Source of the DNA: Candidatus Obscuribacteraceae bacterium
GTDB taxonomy: Bacteria > Cyanobacteriota > Vampirovibrionia > Obscuribacterales > Obscuribacteraceae
Reading direction: 5' to 3'
Length of the DNA: 64,000 bases
Assembly: GCA_044226015.1 (NCBI GenBank)
Contig: JBGAHS010000002.1
Location: 1,223,209 to 1,287,208, forward strand
Below the pieces are notes generated by a model that saw nothing but the letters and a program-made list of their open reading frames with translations, did no database searches and was not told the origin of the DNA. Position numbers and translations under genes: made by a program. Of this stretch, positions 38,239 through 48,605 are shown in pieces. Positions within the stretch are counted from its first letter, which is position 1. Every line of letters starts with the position of its first letter.

Positions 38239-39291
38239 ATGAAAGCGCAACCCAACGGGGCAGATTCCCGCGGGTTCTCAGCGCACTATGTCATCAGCGC
38301 TGGTGGATCTCGTGCTATCCTCGCCGGCTGCGGTTCCATCTTCGCCAGCCAACTGGCTGGAGTGAAGTGGAACAGCATCGGTGGTGTGAGTGGCGGCTCA
38401 ATTCCCGCCATCCTACTGGCTGCAGGTGTCTCCCCTGCACAACTCCTCAAGTACGCACTTGAACTCGACTTCCGAGAGAAGTGTGTGTCAACGGCCGGCA
38501 AATTCAAAACCTTGCTTGCTATCTTGCTCAAGGAGTATCACGAGCATCCGCAAAACCGCACGGGCTTCGGTGTTATGGAAACCGACAAGCTCGCCGAATT
38601 CATCGACGAACTCGTCCCTGTCTGGCCGGAGAAATTCTGGACCATGGCAGTCGACGGGACCTCGCAGATCGTATTCAAGAAAGACGGCATCTTCCGTTAC
38701 GACATTGACGGCAAATGCACCAGGCTGTCTGACGACCCCGGCAAACCCGGTTTCGCCATTCAAGCGACCTGTGCCATCCCCGGCATCACCAAAGCACCGA
38801 AGTTGAACGGAGTCCATCTCTACGACGGCGCTTACACGCATCACGGCATCTGCCCTGTTGGCGTGCCCATCGAACGCTGGGGAGTCGACCCGAAGACAGT
38901 GGTAGGTGTCTGCGTGGGCGAGGACATGATGGATGGTCTCGCCGGCAAGCTGCGTCAGTTCTGGAAATGGATCTGGCGTATCAAGCCTGATAACTCGTGG
39001 GGTTCGCATGCTGCGGGCGCCATCGAGATCCACCCACACATCGACCACATTCACGCGCTGCGCTTCGACCTGTCCGCCGATGAAAAATGGCTGGCTGTGC
39101 TCGAAGGCTTCGCTGAGACCGTGGAGGCTTATGCCGCAAACGGAATACTCACCGGTGAAGGACTGCGTACTGCACGTGCGGTACTTGCAGCACTTCCCGA
39201 CCTCGCCAAAGCAGAAACTGCTGGGCTCGGATACCCTCAACGGTTGTCCTTGCTGGCAGAACAGGTCTTCAAAGAGCATGGATTGCTCTAA
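38239..39291 (+). CDS. Patatin-like phospholipase
   Basis: AGGSR oxyanion loop, GVSGG nucleophile elbow, AIPG, YDGA catalytic Asp. Confidence 0.85.
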   Translation: MKAQPNGADSRGFSAHYVISAGGSRAILAGCGSIFASQLAGVKWNSIGGVSGGSIPAILLAAGVSPAQLLKYALELDFREKCVSTAGKFKTLLAILLKEYHEHPQNRTGFGVMETDKLAEFIDELVPVWPEKFWTMAVDGTSQIVFKKDGIFRYDIDGKCTRLSDDPGKPGFAIQATCAIPGITKAPKLNGVHLYDGAYTHHGICPVGVPIERWGVDPKTVVGVCVGEDMMDGLAGKLRQFWKWIWRIKPDNSWGSHAAGAIEIHPHIDHIHALRFDLSADEKWLAVLEGFAETVEAYAANGILTGEGLRTARAVLAALPDLAKAETAGLGYPQRLSLLAEQVFKEHGLL

Positions 39292-39443
39292 AGTCCACGT
39301 GTGCGAGCGTCGCATCTCACGCCATCACTGGTGGTGAGCATGCGACGCTTGCAGTCCGCCCGAAACTAGACTTTCACTACCAATTCCTGGACAGGCACAA
39401 CACTTCGCTTGTCCCAAGAATAAGAAGAATAGGATGAACTATC

Positions 39444-41366
39444 ATGTCAAAGAAGATTACCTCCTCCAAGTCAAACACCTCCAAGAACGGCAACCTTGCA
39501 GAAGACATTCTGCGCGATGCTGGCAAGAGCGAAGACGAAGTAACGCGAACAGGCGCCATCGACCGCGCTGACAGTGCTACAGACGAGCTTTACGGCGAAC
39601 GCGGACGCACGAGCGGAAGCCCTGTGCACCGTGTCATCTGGAAAAAAGCTGGTCTGAGAAACTTCACTCCCGGGCAAGACAAAGTCGACGCCCAAGTCGA
39701 AGAGACTGTCGCCAGGTCAATCGCGGTGCTCAAGCAGAACACTGCCGATGGCACCATATACGATGCCAACGGCAAGGTGAGCAAGAAAACCATTGCTGAC
39801 CTGGGAAACGCTGGCTACTGGGGCATGCTCGTCGACAAGAAATATGGCGGTCAGGGTGCAAGCCTTCAACGCTTCACGAAAATGATCACCGAAGTCGCTG
39901 CTGCCGGCTATCCGACTGAAGCTGGCTACGCTTCCATTCATGGATGCATCGGCGCGGTCGACCCGGTAAGCGTCTTCGGCACCGAAGCACAGAAAGCTTA
40001 CTTCTTGCCGCAGCTGGCATCAGGCAAGCGCATCTCTGCTTTCGCTCTCACAGAGCCAGCGGCTGGCTCCGACCTCACCAACCTGAAGACAGTGGCACGC
40101 CGCGATGGCGACGACTACGTCATCACTGGCGAAAAGCTCTTCATTTCGAACGCTGTTCCGGGTCGCACCATCGGACTGGTTACACGCGTCGAAGGTGAAG
40201 ACAAGCCTGCCGTTTTCATCGTGGAGCTGCCGGAAGAGGAAAATGAAAGCTTCCAGCTCGTTCACTATGGCATTCATGCCTTGAAGCACGGCTTCAATAA
40301 CGGGCTCAAGTTCAACAAGTTCCGCGTGCCCGCAGCTAATCGGCTGGCGGCTCCCGACGGCAACGGACTCGTCATCGCATATCACGGACTGAACTATGGC
40401 CGTGTCGCTCTCTGCGCCAATGCTTCAGGCGTCATGCGCCTATTGCTGCGCAGCATCTGCCCTGACAGCTGGGGCAAATATCGCGTCACCTTCACTCAGC
40501 CTATCGAGACCCGAGAGCTGGTGAAGAAACGCGTCGCTCGCCTTGCAGCTCTCATCGTCGGCGCAGACGCGCTGCGTGACTGGTGCTCGGCAAAACTCGA
40601 TGAAGGCTACCGAGGCGAACTCGAGTGCATCATCGCGAAAATCTTCGGCAGCACTGCACAGAAAGAAGCCGCGGTCGACATCGCCATGACCACTCACGGC
40701 GGTCGCTCGTTCCTGCATGGACACCTCGTTGGCGACAACATTCACGACTACCTCGCTCCCATGATTTATGAGGGCGAGGGCGAAATGCTCGCCATGAAGT
40801 TCTTCCTTTCGCTGGCTACTGAGCACGGCTCAAACTTCATGCTGCCCCTGGGCAACGCAATGAAGGCACTCAGCAAAGGCAAGGTCTTCTCCGGTCTCTG
40901 GCAGCTCGTCAGCAATGGTGTGCCATTCGCCTGGTGGACCGTCAAGAACTACTTCAAACGATTTGTGAACTCCCAGTCTATGCCCGGCATGGACAAACGA
41001 CTCAAAAAGCACGTCAACTTCGCACTTGCTCAGAGCGCCCGTCTTGCAGCTGAAATCTCGACCAACATGGTCAAGCATCAGGTCAAGCTCGGCGATCGGC
41101 AATCTCGCATCGTGCACATGAGTCAGCGAGTTCAAGACACTGTCGTGATGCTGGTGACTGCTATGCACGCGCACCACAGCAAGGATGAAGCAACTATTCT
41201 GGCTGCTCACATCCTCTGTCAGGACCTGCGTCGCAAACTCACCGGTGAACAGCCCAGCGACAAGTACTTCCATGAATGCTCTAAGCTGGCAGACATGGTC
41301 GTCGAAGGCAAGTTCAAGCAGCTTGACGGTGTCGAAAAGGCTCAGGTTTTGCGTCAGTACAATTAG
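39444..41366 (+). CDS. Acyl-CoA dehydrogenase family protein (long form)
   Basis: FALTEPAAGSD, GEKLFISN, LNYGR, HGGRSF, IYEGE. Confidence 0.9.
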   Translation: MSKKITSSKSNTSKNGNLAEDILRDAGKSEDEVTRTGAIDRADSATDELYGERGRTSGSPVHRVIWKKAGLRNFTPGQDKVDAQVEETVARSIAVLKQNTADGTIYDANGKVSKKTIADLGNAGYWGMLVDKKYGGQGASLQRFTKMITEVAAAGYPTEAGYASIHGCIGAVDPVSVFGTEAQKAYFLPQLASGKRISAFALTEPAAGSDLTNLKTVARRDGDDYVITGEKLFISNAVPGRTIGLVTRVEGEDKPAVFIVELPEEENESFQLVHYGIHALKHGFNNGLKFNKFRVPAANRLAAPDGNGLVIAYHGLNYGRVALCANASGVMRLLLRSICPDSWGKYRVTFTQPIETRELVKKRVARLAALIVGADALRDWCSAKLDEGYRGELECIIAKIFGSTAQKEAAVDIAMTTHGGRSFLHGHLVGDNIHDYLAPMIYEGEGEMLAMKFFLSLATEHGSNFMLPLGNAMKALSKGKVFSGLWQLVSNGVPFAWWTVKNYFKRFVNSQSMPGMDKRLKKHVNFALAQSARLAAEISTNMVKHQVKLGDRQSRIVHMSQRVQDTVVMLVTAMHAHHSKDEATILAAHILCQDLRRKLTGEQPSDKYFHECSKLADMVVEGKFKQLDGVEKAQVLRQYN

Positions 41367-41403
41367 GCAATTGAGCCCAACGGCTTAGTTTAGTGATTTC
41401 ACA

Positions 41404-41454
41404 GAGGGGGCGAAGGAAGTAGAGAAATCTGCTCTTTCGCCCCCTCATTCTTTC
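41404..41454 (+). terminator. Intrinsic terminator
   Basis: GAGGGGGCGAA...TTCGCCCCCTC followed by ATTCTTTC. Confidence 0.7.
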
Positions 41455-41509
41455 TGGTGTCCTGTAATGCCAGTGTGGCTCACAGGGCACCTTTTATTCG
41501 ATCAATTCA

Positions 41510-41526
41510 TACTACAACGATTAGTA
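41510..41526. other. Islet-end palindromic motif (TACTA-N7-TAGTA, perfect)
   Basis: ATACTA caacgat TAGTAT. Confidence 0.55.
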
Positions 41527-41699
41527 TTCAGGGTGAACACTAACTGTCTCATCCAGAAACAAGTAACTCCTCTTCAAAAAGTTTCGCAAAAATCAATGCT
41601 AATTAAGGGGCAAGCAAGTGAGTACAGCGTTTTTTTGGGAAGATCAAACATGACCTGACAGATCGTCAGGCTGGTGAATACTGTTCCGAGAAGACTTAC

Positions 41700-42677
41700 T
41701 TGAAAGTTGTAATTCCTGGTGGTACTGGCGAAGTTGGAAGTATTCTTGCGAAAACTTTCCTGCTTCGTGGCCATGAAGTAATCATTCTCTCCAGAACGCA
41801 TCAGACCTCCGCAAGCGGAAAGCTGAAATTCGCCTACTGGGACGCAGAAAATCTTGGCGACTGGACAGATGCACTTGAAGGAGCCGATGCGCTAATCAAC
41901 CTTGCAGGCAGAACAGTGAACTGCAGATACACTGAAGAAAACCGAAAGCAAATCAAAGAGTCACGCGTGAAATCCACTCAAATACTCGGAGAGGCAATTG
42001 CACAGTTATCAAAGCCACCAAAAACGTGGCTACAAATGAGCACTGCAACAATCTACGCGCATACCTACGAAAGGTCTAACGACGAATACTTTGGTATCAT
42101 AGGCGGTGACGAGCCCAATGTACCAGATTCCTGGCGATACTCAATAGAAGTTGCACGCGCCTGGGAAGAAGCCCTCGATAAAGCTCCTGTAAGCAAGCTC
42201 ACTCGTCGCGTTAAAATGCGAACGTCAATCGTAATGAGTCCACATCAAGGCGGCCCATTCGACATTCTACTTAAACTGGTCCGCATGGGATTAGGCGGAA
42301 CTTCAGGCAACGGGAATCAATTCATTTCATGGATAAGTGATGTCGATTTCGCCAATGCAGTGTTCTTTCTGCTTGAGCAAAAGGAAATTTCAGGAGCCGT
42401 AAATCTCGCGAGCCCCAACCCTTTACCTAATCGCGATTTCATGCGCATTTTGCGAGAAGCATGGGGCACCAAATTCGGACTACCGGCTTCAGAATGGATG
42501 CTAGAAATGGGAGCGGTACCACTAAAAACTGAGACCGAACTTGTACTCAAAAGTCGAAAGGTTCATCCGGCTAAATTACTTCAAGCTAAGTTTCCCTTCG
42601 AACATCCCTACTGGGAAGAGGCTGCAGTCGACCTCTGCTATCGTTGGAAACAAGAGCAAAAGGTGAAAGCGGGATAA
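41700..42677 (+). CDS. TIGR01777 family NAD-dependent epimerase/oxidoreductase
   Basis: GGTGEVG, INLAG, SRVKST, WISDVD, GAVN. Confidence 0.85.
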   Translation: MKVVIPGGTGEVGSILAKTFLLRGHEVIILSRTHQTSASGKLKFAYWDAENLGDWTDALEGADALINLAGRTVNCRYTEENRKQIKESRVKSTQILGEAIAQLSKPPKTWLQMSTATIYAHTYERSNDEYFGIIGGDEPNVPDSWRYSIEVARAWEEALDKAPVSKLTRRVKMRTSIVMSPHQGGPFDILLKLVRMGLGGTSGNGNQFISWISDVDFANAVFFLLEQKEISGAVNLASPNPLPNRDFMRILREAWGTKFGLPASEWMLEMGAVPLKTETELVLKSRKVHPAKLLQAKFPFEHPYWEEAAVDLCYRWKQEQKVKAG

Positions 42678-42949
42678 GCTTGCACACCCGCGCCAACGTT
42701 ATCGCTAGCAATTGCATCAAATTCCTCTCAAGTCAGCGCGAAAAGCTTGAATTTGCAGCGCTGATGCAGCAGCATGAGACGTCTATTTTCACCAGCATCC
42801 GCAGCAGCAAGAAACCAATAACAACTCAACAAAAACGCCAGCACTAACAGTATTTCTCGAACAAATCGTTCCGAGGGTGTTTGTTTGCGTCAGCTGCGAG
42901 CATAGTTCCTGAACCCCAACTCCACTACGTGGAAAAAGGAGGTTTTGCA

Positions 42950-43714
42950 ATGAGCAACACTACCGCCGATGCGGTCAATCGCTGCAAAGGCGTTGACGTA
43001 TCACATAGAAGCGGTGTCATCGACTGGAGAAAGGTCCGCGATTCTGGCTACACGTTTGCCTTCATCAGGGCAACCGACGGAGCCGATGGCGTGGACCCGA
43101 GCTTTGCATTGAATCGTCGTTCCGCCCGAGACAACGGGTTGGCTGTCGGTTTCGTGCACAGCTTCCGCGTCGACACCAACATCGAAGCACAAGTGACAAA
43201 CTTCATTCGTGCTCTCGGTCAACTCGAAGATGACCTCTTGTCGCCGGTTCTCAACTGTAAAGCGTCCGAGCATTGGACGAAGATCAGCATGAAGGACCGC
43301 GTCGAACTGGTCGTCGAATGGTGCACCCGAGTCAAACGCCTCTTGGGCGTTGCACCGATTCTTCGTGGAACTCCGAGCTTCTTCAACGAAGTTCTCGGTG
43401 CCGATGAAAAACTCAAGAACTTCGAACTCCTGATCGAAGAGCTTGACGTTGAACAGCCGTCGACTCCGGCTCCCTGGGCCGAATGGACGTTCTGGCGCAG
43501 CCAGGAGAAGGCAAGCATTCCTGGTATCACAGGTGATGCCGCACTCAACTGGTACAATGGCGCCGACATCAGCAAGGCACAGCATAAGCGAGACTCCAGC
43601 GGCACCCCTCAGCCGCTGACCTGGCTGGAAACTACTGCCTGGACCATCGGTGTCAGCCTCTATTTCATCGGCGTAATCACTGTCATCTACGAGCATTTCG
43701 CTCGACACTGGTGA
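42950..43714 (+). CDS. GH25 lysozyme-like protein with a C-terminal TM anchor, possibly inactive
   Basis: GVDVSH..G.IDW, FAFIRATDG, W..WTFW, IPGITG; AAGGAGG RBS. Confidence 0.8.
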   Translation: MSNTTADAVNRCKGVDVSHRSGVIDWRKVRDSGYTFAFIRATDGADGVDPSFALNRRSARDNGLAVGFVHSFRVDTNIEAQVTNFIRALGQLEDDLLSPVLNCKASEHWTKISMKDRVELVVEWCTRVKRLLGVAPILRGTPSFFNEVLGADEKLKNFELLIEELDVEQPSTPAPWAEWTFWRSQEKASIPGITGDAALNWYNGADISKAQHKRDSSGTPQPLTWLETTAWTIGVSLYFIGVITVIYEHFARHW

Positions 43715-43782
43715 CGCAAGAATGCGGAGTTTCCTGAACCAAAAGTTCAGCGAGACCCCGCTTCTTGTTTTTCGGCTACATC

Positions 43783-43799
43783 TACTACTCGTCATCGTA
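43783..43799. other. Islet-end palindromic motif (TACTA-N7-TCGTA)
   Basis: TCTACTA ctcgtca TCGTA after a terminator-like hairpin and T tract. Confidence 0.6.
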
Positions 43800-43927
43800 C
43801 ATTACAACAGCGAGACAGCGAGCAGCGAGTTCCAAGGCAGCATCACCCGCAAAGCACGCTCAGCCAGCCTGCACATGGTCTTAGTCAGAATTGCGCAAAG
43901 CATCAAATAACAGCGCGAACCCTTTGC

Positions 43928-46792
43928 TTATTGCCCTCTGTTCGTTGTAAGGTTTTGCATTCTCCAATCACCAGCACCAGGACTCGCCTTTCGCTGCCTT
44001 AATTCGAAGCGCAAGATTCCCTGTGCGATGAACGGTTCGACTGCCTTCTTAATTCCATTCAACTCGGCGGTCGATTGCGCAGCAAGCATTGCATCAACAA
44101 TTACCGGCACCATTTTGGTGTTTCGCATTGCAGCCAGCTCACCTGCTGCAGTGATTCTCTCTGCTTCAACATCCGACTTCAGTCGTCCCTTCAGATCAGC
44201 AACGCGCACTGCCAGATCGAGCTTTTCGAGCCCTTCCTGAGCCTTCCGAGCAATTCGAGCGTTGTAGTGCTCAGTCAAATCCTTCAAAAATGGCCTGGTT
44301 CTTTCTTGTCCCTCAATAGCCAGGATGTTCACTGCTTCTGCCGTCAGTTGTGGATGTCTTTCTAAAGCACGAAGAGCCAGATCAACTCGCAAATTAGCGT
44401 CGTTTGACGCAATCTTCATACCTTCGTTCCACGCAGCTCTTTGTGCAGAAGTCTCAGGAGCATCGTCAAGTAATTTGAGAACTCTACTTAGCTTGTTACC
44501 CTTGTAAGATTCCAGCGTGAGCAAATCATGATAGAACTGACCGGACGCATTATCCATTTTGCCTAATTTTTCCAGAGCAGCTGTTCTGCTGCGATTTCCG
44601 GACTGCGCCTGATCAACCAAAAACTCCGTCATTTGCGAACGGCTCGAACCGATGCTGCGTTGAATGTAACCATCAACATTGAACCTTGTCTCTCTCAACT
44701 TGTTCCAGCTAGCCTGAAACGCAGCCTCTCTGACATGATCGCTACTGCTTGTTTTAGCAAGCCCATGCAACCTTGCCATATCAGCATCATTTGCTATAGG
44801 ACCAAGAAGGTCTGCTGCTATTTTTGATTTGGCTGCATCGGTACCCTGTACATGTTCGAACAAGGTTTGCTTCACCACGGGCATCAACTCATTACCAACA
44901 TAAGCCTGTCTTCGCGCCAACTCAGTTTGGTGAATACTTCGAAAAGCAGGGTCAACTGCGTTGAAGGACTTCATAATGCCGCGCATTATTTCAAAAGTAC
45001 GAAGCGGAGCTTCCTGTGCGGTGATTAGGAATTTATCCGGGTCGGGATGCATGATCGCAGCAGCATGTTCAGCCCAATTCTCGTCATTATTTGTTCTGGC
45101 ATATTTGCTCACATAATAGCCATCTTTTTCTAGTTTCGCAGCCTCATCAAAGCGCTTAGAGTCTGACTCTGCTTTCCATTTAAGCAAGTGCGACCATTCA
45201 TGTTTGAAATAATCACGTAGATATGGACTGCGATCTTGCGCATAAAAACTTATGCGTCCTTCATGCGAAACTGTTGCAGCTGCTCTGAAGTCATATCCGT
45301 GCTCAACACTCTTCCATGCATTATCAGGTGAACTGTCTGGTCGAATAAGCACCTCGGACACCAAATTTACATCAGGCAACTCTTCCAAGAACTGAACAAA
45401 ATCAGCAGGATGAGCGCGATCTTTCAAAGGGTGAGCTTCTAATTGCATCTGGGCTTCCGCTACATCTCTAGCCCGACCGTAGCCATGTTGATAAAAATCT
45501 CCGTCTTGGGCCGCACGCAGACGCAAATTCAGGACTTCATCAAGCTGGGCGGCATACCACTCTGGCAGCATCACTACAGCTCTATTGACGTTGTACATCC
45601 GCATATTGTCTTTTACAAGATGCGCTCCACCGAGCTCTACAAACTCGTGGTAGCTGCGGCTTCTAGCTGCTACTTCAGCCGCTTGTGGAAGAGCTTGATA
45701 GTAGTATGCTGTTCCATTGAAGGCTGCACCAAGCTTGTTTACCCTCTCTGCAAGTGTGGCATCACTGTCATTTAACTTTTCAGGACTTATCTCGAGCTTT
45801 TTCCACTGTTCGATATCCAGCGCTCGGGGTAAAACCCTTTGTTCATGACCGGAACGCTCTAGGGAATCTCTTTTTGCGGCCTCAGGTGCGTCGATAAGAA
45901 ACCGACGTGAAGGATCTTTCTTGCTTGAAATTTCAGGAACTGTCAAGTTAGCACGCAAAGCGTGAATGCCGAAGACACCAATTCCACCAGTAAACGCACC
46001 CGTGAAGCCACCGTCTTTCGCTCCGTACCAGGCACCTTTTAATTCCCCGGTTGCGAGGTATCCCTGAGCGCCACCAATAGCGACACCACTAAGATATCCG
46101 CCACCTACACCTCCAAGTACAAGAGCATTCGTAGTGCTGATTTTTCCTTCTTGTGCTAATTTCAAACCAAAGTTTGCTATTTGCTTGCCAAGCAAGCCAG
46201 CCGGCACTCCCATGACACCACCAACGGTGCCAGCTTTTAAGATTTCACCGGTACCGTGTGCCAGGGAAAAATTATGTGATGCATCGTACCAGGTTTCAGA
46301 CTTAAAGCCTGTGCTTGTACTTGCAATCGCTGCACCAGTAAGAGCAAAACTTGCACTGTCTGCGATTAAACCCTTGCCTAATTTTGCGCTTATGGCTTTG
46401 CCAAGCTGCCCTTCTGGCAATGTCATTGACGCGATCTTGTGGAGTGCGGCGCCTTCGACAAAGTCTTTAGCGAAGTTTGTACTCAAACTGACTGCGTCAT
46501 CGTCTATACGGACAAGAGCCGTGGCACGAATCAAACCTGCACTGGAAAGGCGCAAACCTGGCAACATCGCAACAGTGTCTGCAGCAACAGTTGCGAGTTC
46601 ATCATTTCTTTTTCCAACAGCCTTCCGCTGTTCAGCATCAAGAATCTGTCCGCGAGAGAAAAGCTCTGAAACAGAGCCCAACACTTTTCCCCCAAGCGTT
46701 TTCTCCTCTTGAACCTCTGCTGGCGCAGAAGCGAGAAGTTCACTTTTTGTCAGCTGAAGAAACTGATCCACTAAGCATTCCACCTTAACCAC
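43928..46792 (-). CDS. Large protein with a Gly-rich hydrophobic N-terminal region, a zincin metallopeptidase domain and HEAT-like repeats
   Basis: KHEWSH (HExxH) plus YVSKYARTNNDENWAE; helical repeats at the C-terminus. Confidence 0.7.
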   Translation of the reverse strand: MVKVECLVDQFLQLTKSELLASAPAEVQEEKTLGGKVLGSVSELFSRGQILDAEQRKAVGKRNDELATVAADTVAMLPGLRLSSAGLIRATALVRIDDDAVSLSTNFAKDFVEGAALHKIASMTLPEGQLGKAISAKLGKGLIADSASFALTGAAIASTSTGFKSETWYDASHNFSLAHGTGEILKAGTVGGVMGVPAGLLGKQIANFGLKLAQEGKISTTNALVLGGVGGGYLSGVAIGGAQGYLATGELKGAWYGAKDGGFTGAFTGGIGVFGIHALRANLTVPEISSKKDPSRRFLIDAPEAAKRDSLERSGHEQRVLPRALDIEQWKKLEISPEKLNDSDATLAERVNKLGAAFNGTAYYYQALPQAAEVAARSRSYHEFVELGGAHLVKDNMRMYNVNRAVVMLPEWYAAQLDEVLNLRLRAAQDGDFYQHGYGRARDVAEAQMQLEAHPLKDRAHPADFVQFLEELPDVNLVSEVLIRPDSSPDNAWKSVEHGYDFRAAATVSHEGRISFYAQDRSPYLRDYFKHEWSHLLKWKAESDSKRFDEAAKLEKDGYYVSKYARTNNDENWAEHAAAIMHPDPDKFLITAQEAPLRTFEIMRGIMKSFNAVDPAFRSIHQTELARRQAYVGNELMPVVKQTLFEHVQGTDAAKSKIAADLLGPIANDADMARLHGLAKTSSSDHVREAAFQASWNKLRETRFNVDGYIQRSIGSSRSQMTEFLVDQAQSGNRSRTAALEKLGKMDNASGQFYHDLLTLESYKGNKLSRVLKLLDDAPETSAQRAAWNEGMKIASNDANLRVDLALRALERHPQLTAEAVNILAIEGQERTRPFLKDLTEHYNARIARKAQEGLEKLDLAVRVADLKGRLKSDVEAERITAAGELAAMRNTKMVPVIVDAMLAAQSTAELNGIKKAVEPFIAQGILRFELRQRKASPGAGDWRMQNLTTNRGQ

Positions 46793-46945
46793 AACTAAGG
46801 TAACAAGGGGTGCCCTCCCGGTACAGGGTGTATATACGTAGAGCAGAAAAGTCTTCTTTTAATTGCCTGCCAACAACTTCAGCCAAAAAAAGAGAGATGC
46901 TATTACGCATCTCTCTTCCGAACTTAATGTTGTTGATTGAGTTGA

Positions 46946-47824
46946 TTATGCTCCGGCGCCAACAAGTGCGCGAACGGGGCTCCCAGTGTTGCAACGTGCA
47001 TAACCTCTCTGCCACCAGGACACTGTTCCTTTGCGACCGATGACGGTGTTGTAGTCATGGCTGACACTATCGTGTGGGTAAGTGAAGCCATGGAAAGTTT
47101 CGGTTCCAATTTCCAGACCAGCTCCGAGTGCAATTGCAGCAGGAGCCGCTGTATCCCACGCTTTCAAGGTTGGTCTGATATGCACAAAACAATCAACGCT
47201 ACCAGCCAAGACTTCATGTACATCGAGACCAATGCTTGATGCTGTCTCAATATCAATGCCTGGAACATTGTTGGCCCAGAGATTCTTAGCCAAATCATTC
47301 TTACTTATCAAAGTTCTGACCAGTCTCTCTTCATTCATATGTTCAACATTGACTTTAACGGCTTCGCAGCCATCCACCATCTTCCAGGTGCCACATGCTG
47401 GGCCGCCGAAGTACATAGTCTGTTTGGCTGGAATGTAGACGATTCCAAAAATAGGATTGTCGTTGTCCACCAACCCGAGCATCACTGACCAGCGACCTGT
47501 TTCTTGCACATAGTGCTTGGTGCCGTCGATTGGGTCTATGAACCATCTGCGAGCCTGAGTGCTGGCCACTTCGAATGGATGCTCTTCCGAAACGATATGG
47601 TACTCAGGAAATTCGTGTGTAAGACCAGCCATCAAGATTTCGGACAGCTTCTTGTCAGCACAAGTCACAAGATCTTCCGGTCCACTTTTCGTACTGATGT
47701 CAACCTCAGCACGCATATCCATAGCAGCTCTTCCAGCAGCCGAAACCATATCTAGTAAAGCCTTTAGGGACTCGACGCTGATCGGCAAAGTGGACTGGTC
47801 TAGATCCTTGATTTGATAATTCAT
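46946..47824 (-). CDS. Inositol monophosphatase / CysQ family phosphatase
   Basis: DLVTCAD, SEE, WFIDPIDGT, WDTAA. Confidence 0.9.
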   Translation of the reverse strand: MNYQIKDLDQSTLPISVESLKALLDMVSAAGRAAMDMRAEVDISTKSGPEDLVTCADKKLSEILMAGLTHEFPEYHIVSEEHPFEVASTQARRWFIDPIDGTKHYVQETGRWSVMLGLVDNDNPIFGIVYIPAKQTMYFGGPACGTWKMVDGCEAVKVNVEHMNEERLVRTLISKNDLAKNLWANNVPGIDIETASSIGLDVHEVLAGSVDCFVHIRPTLKAWDTAAPAAIALGAGLEIGTETFHGFTYPHDSVSHDYNTVIGRKGTVSWWQRGYARCNTGSPVRALVGAGA

Positions 47825-48605
47825 AAACTATCCTCTTGAGTTTGATACAGAGGCAACGATGTTCTCTGAGCAAGCCCTATTGTGAACCCAAAGCGCCAAA
47901 AAGAAATTAGCTGAAATTCCTTTGCCAGCCTTTAACAGCCAATTTCGGCTCCTTTGCAGATTAGTTCTTTCTATTGTAAAAAGGGACTGCTCCAAACCCA
48001 GCCATACAACCTACTTGGCAGCCACAAAGGGGTAGCTCCTCTCAACGCACTTTGAGCTCTTTGCATGGATCAATTCTTAATAAATATGGATTCATGGGAA
48101 AGCGTTTTTTGGGCAGTTTTCTTACTACTTGAATCTAAATTTTCTCGGCCATTAACCAAAAAAACGGAGAGCAAAAACACACCCAGAGCAATCAAAACAC
48201 GCTTGCGATTTTTCCGAACATTGCGATAGAAATGACAAAACAAGCCAGTTTCATCAAAAAGCACATGCAAAAACGAATTCGTTTCGAGCGCTTATTTGCA
48301 GAAAAAAAACTGAATTTTTTCAGTGCAGAACTTTGTTAGCTCGAATACAAATATTTTGCTGCAGAGCCCGAAAATCAAAATTTTTGTACGTGATAATTTA
48401 ACTGAGCGATACTTACGAGGCCATCGATTGACCACCAATGGTATATTGTTTGCTCGGTTCTGGTTGTATCTCAGCTGTCAATCCCATTGATTAGCCGATA
48501 TTACCGTCCGTTCTCGTGCGACACGAGACGTGAGTCATCCGCTTACAGCAAAAGCGCCCAGTTCACAAATTGGTTTAAGGACAGCTCAAAAGAGAGGGTT
48601 AGACA

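Noticed and set aside
35784..39291. Patatin operon as a CBASS (CapV) defence system
   Set aside because: The upstream paralogs show no nucleotidyltransferase GS...DxD motif, and the acyl-CoA dehydrogenase points to lipid metabolism. Not excluded without a structure search.
38488..39315. Long antisense ORFs (also 23476..24210, 25157..25849, 43001..43795, 36213..36758)
   Set aside because: They are shadows of GC-rich genes on the opposite strand that carry recognisable motifs or RBSs.
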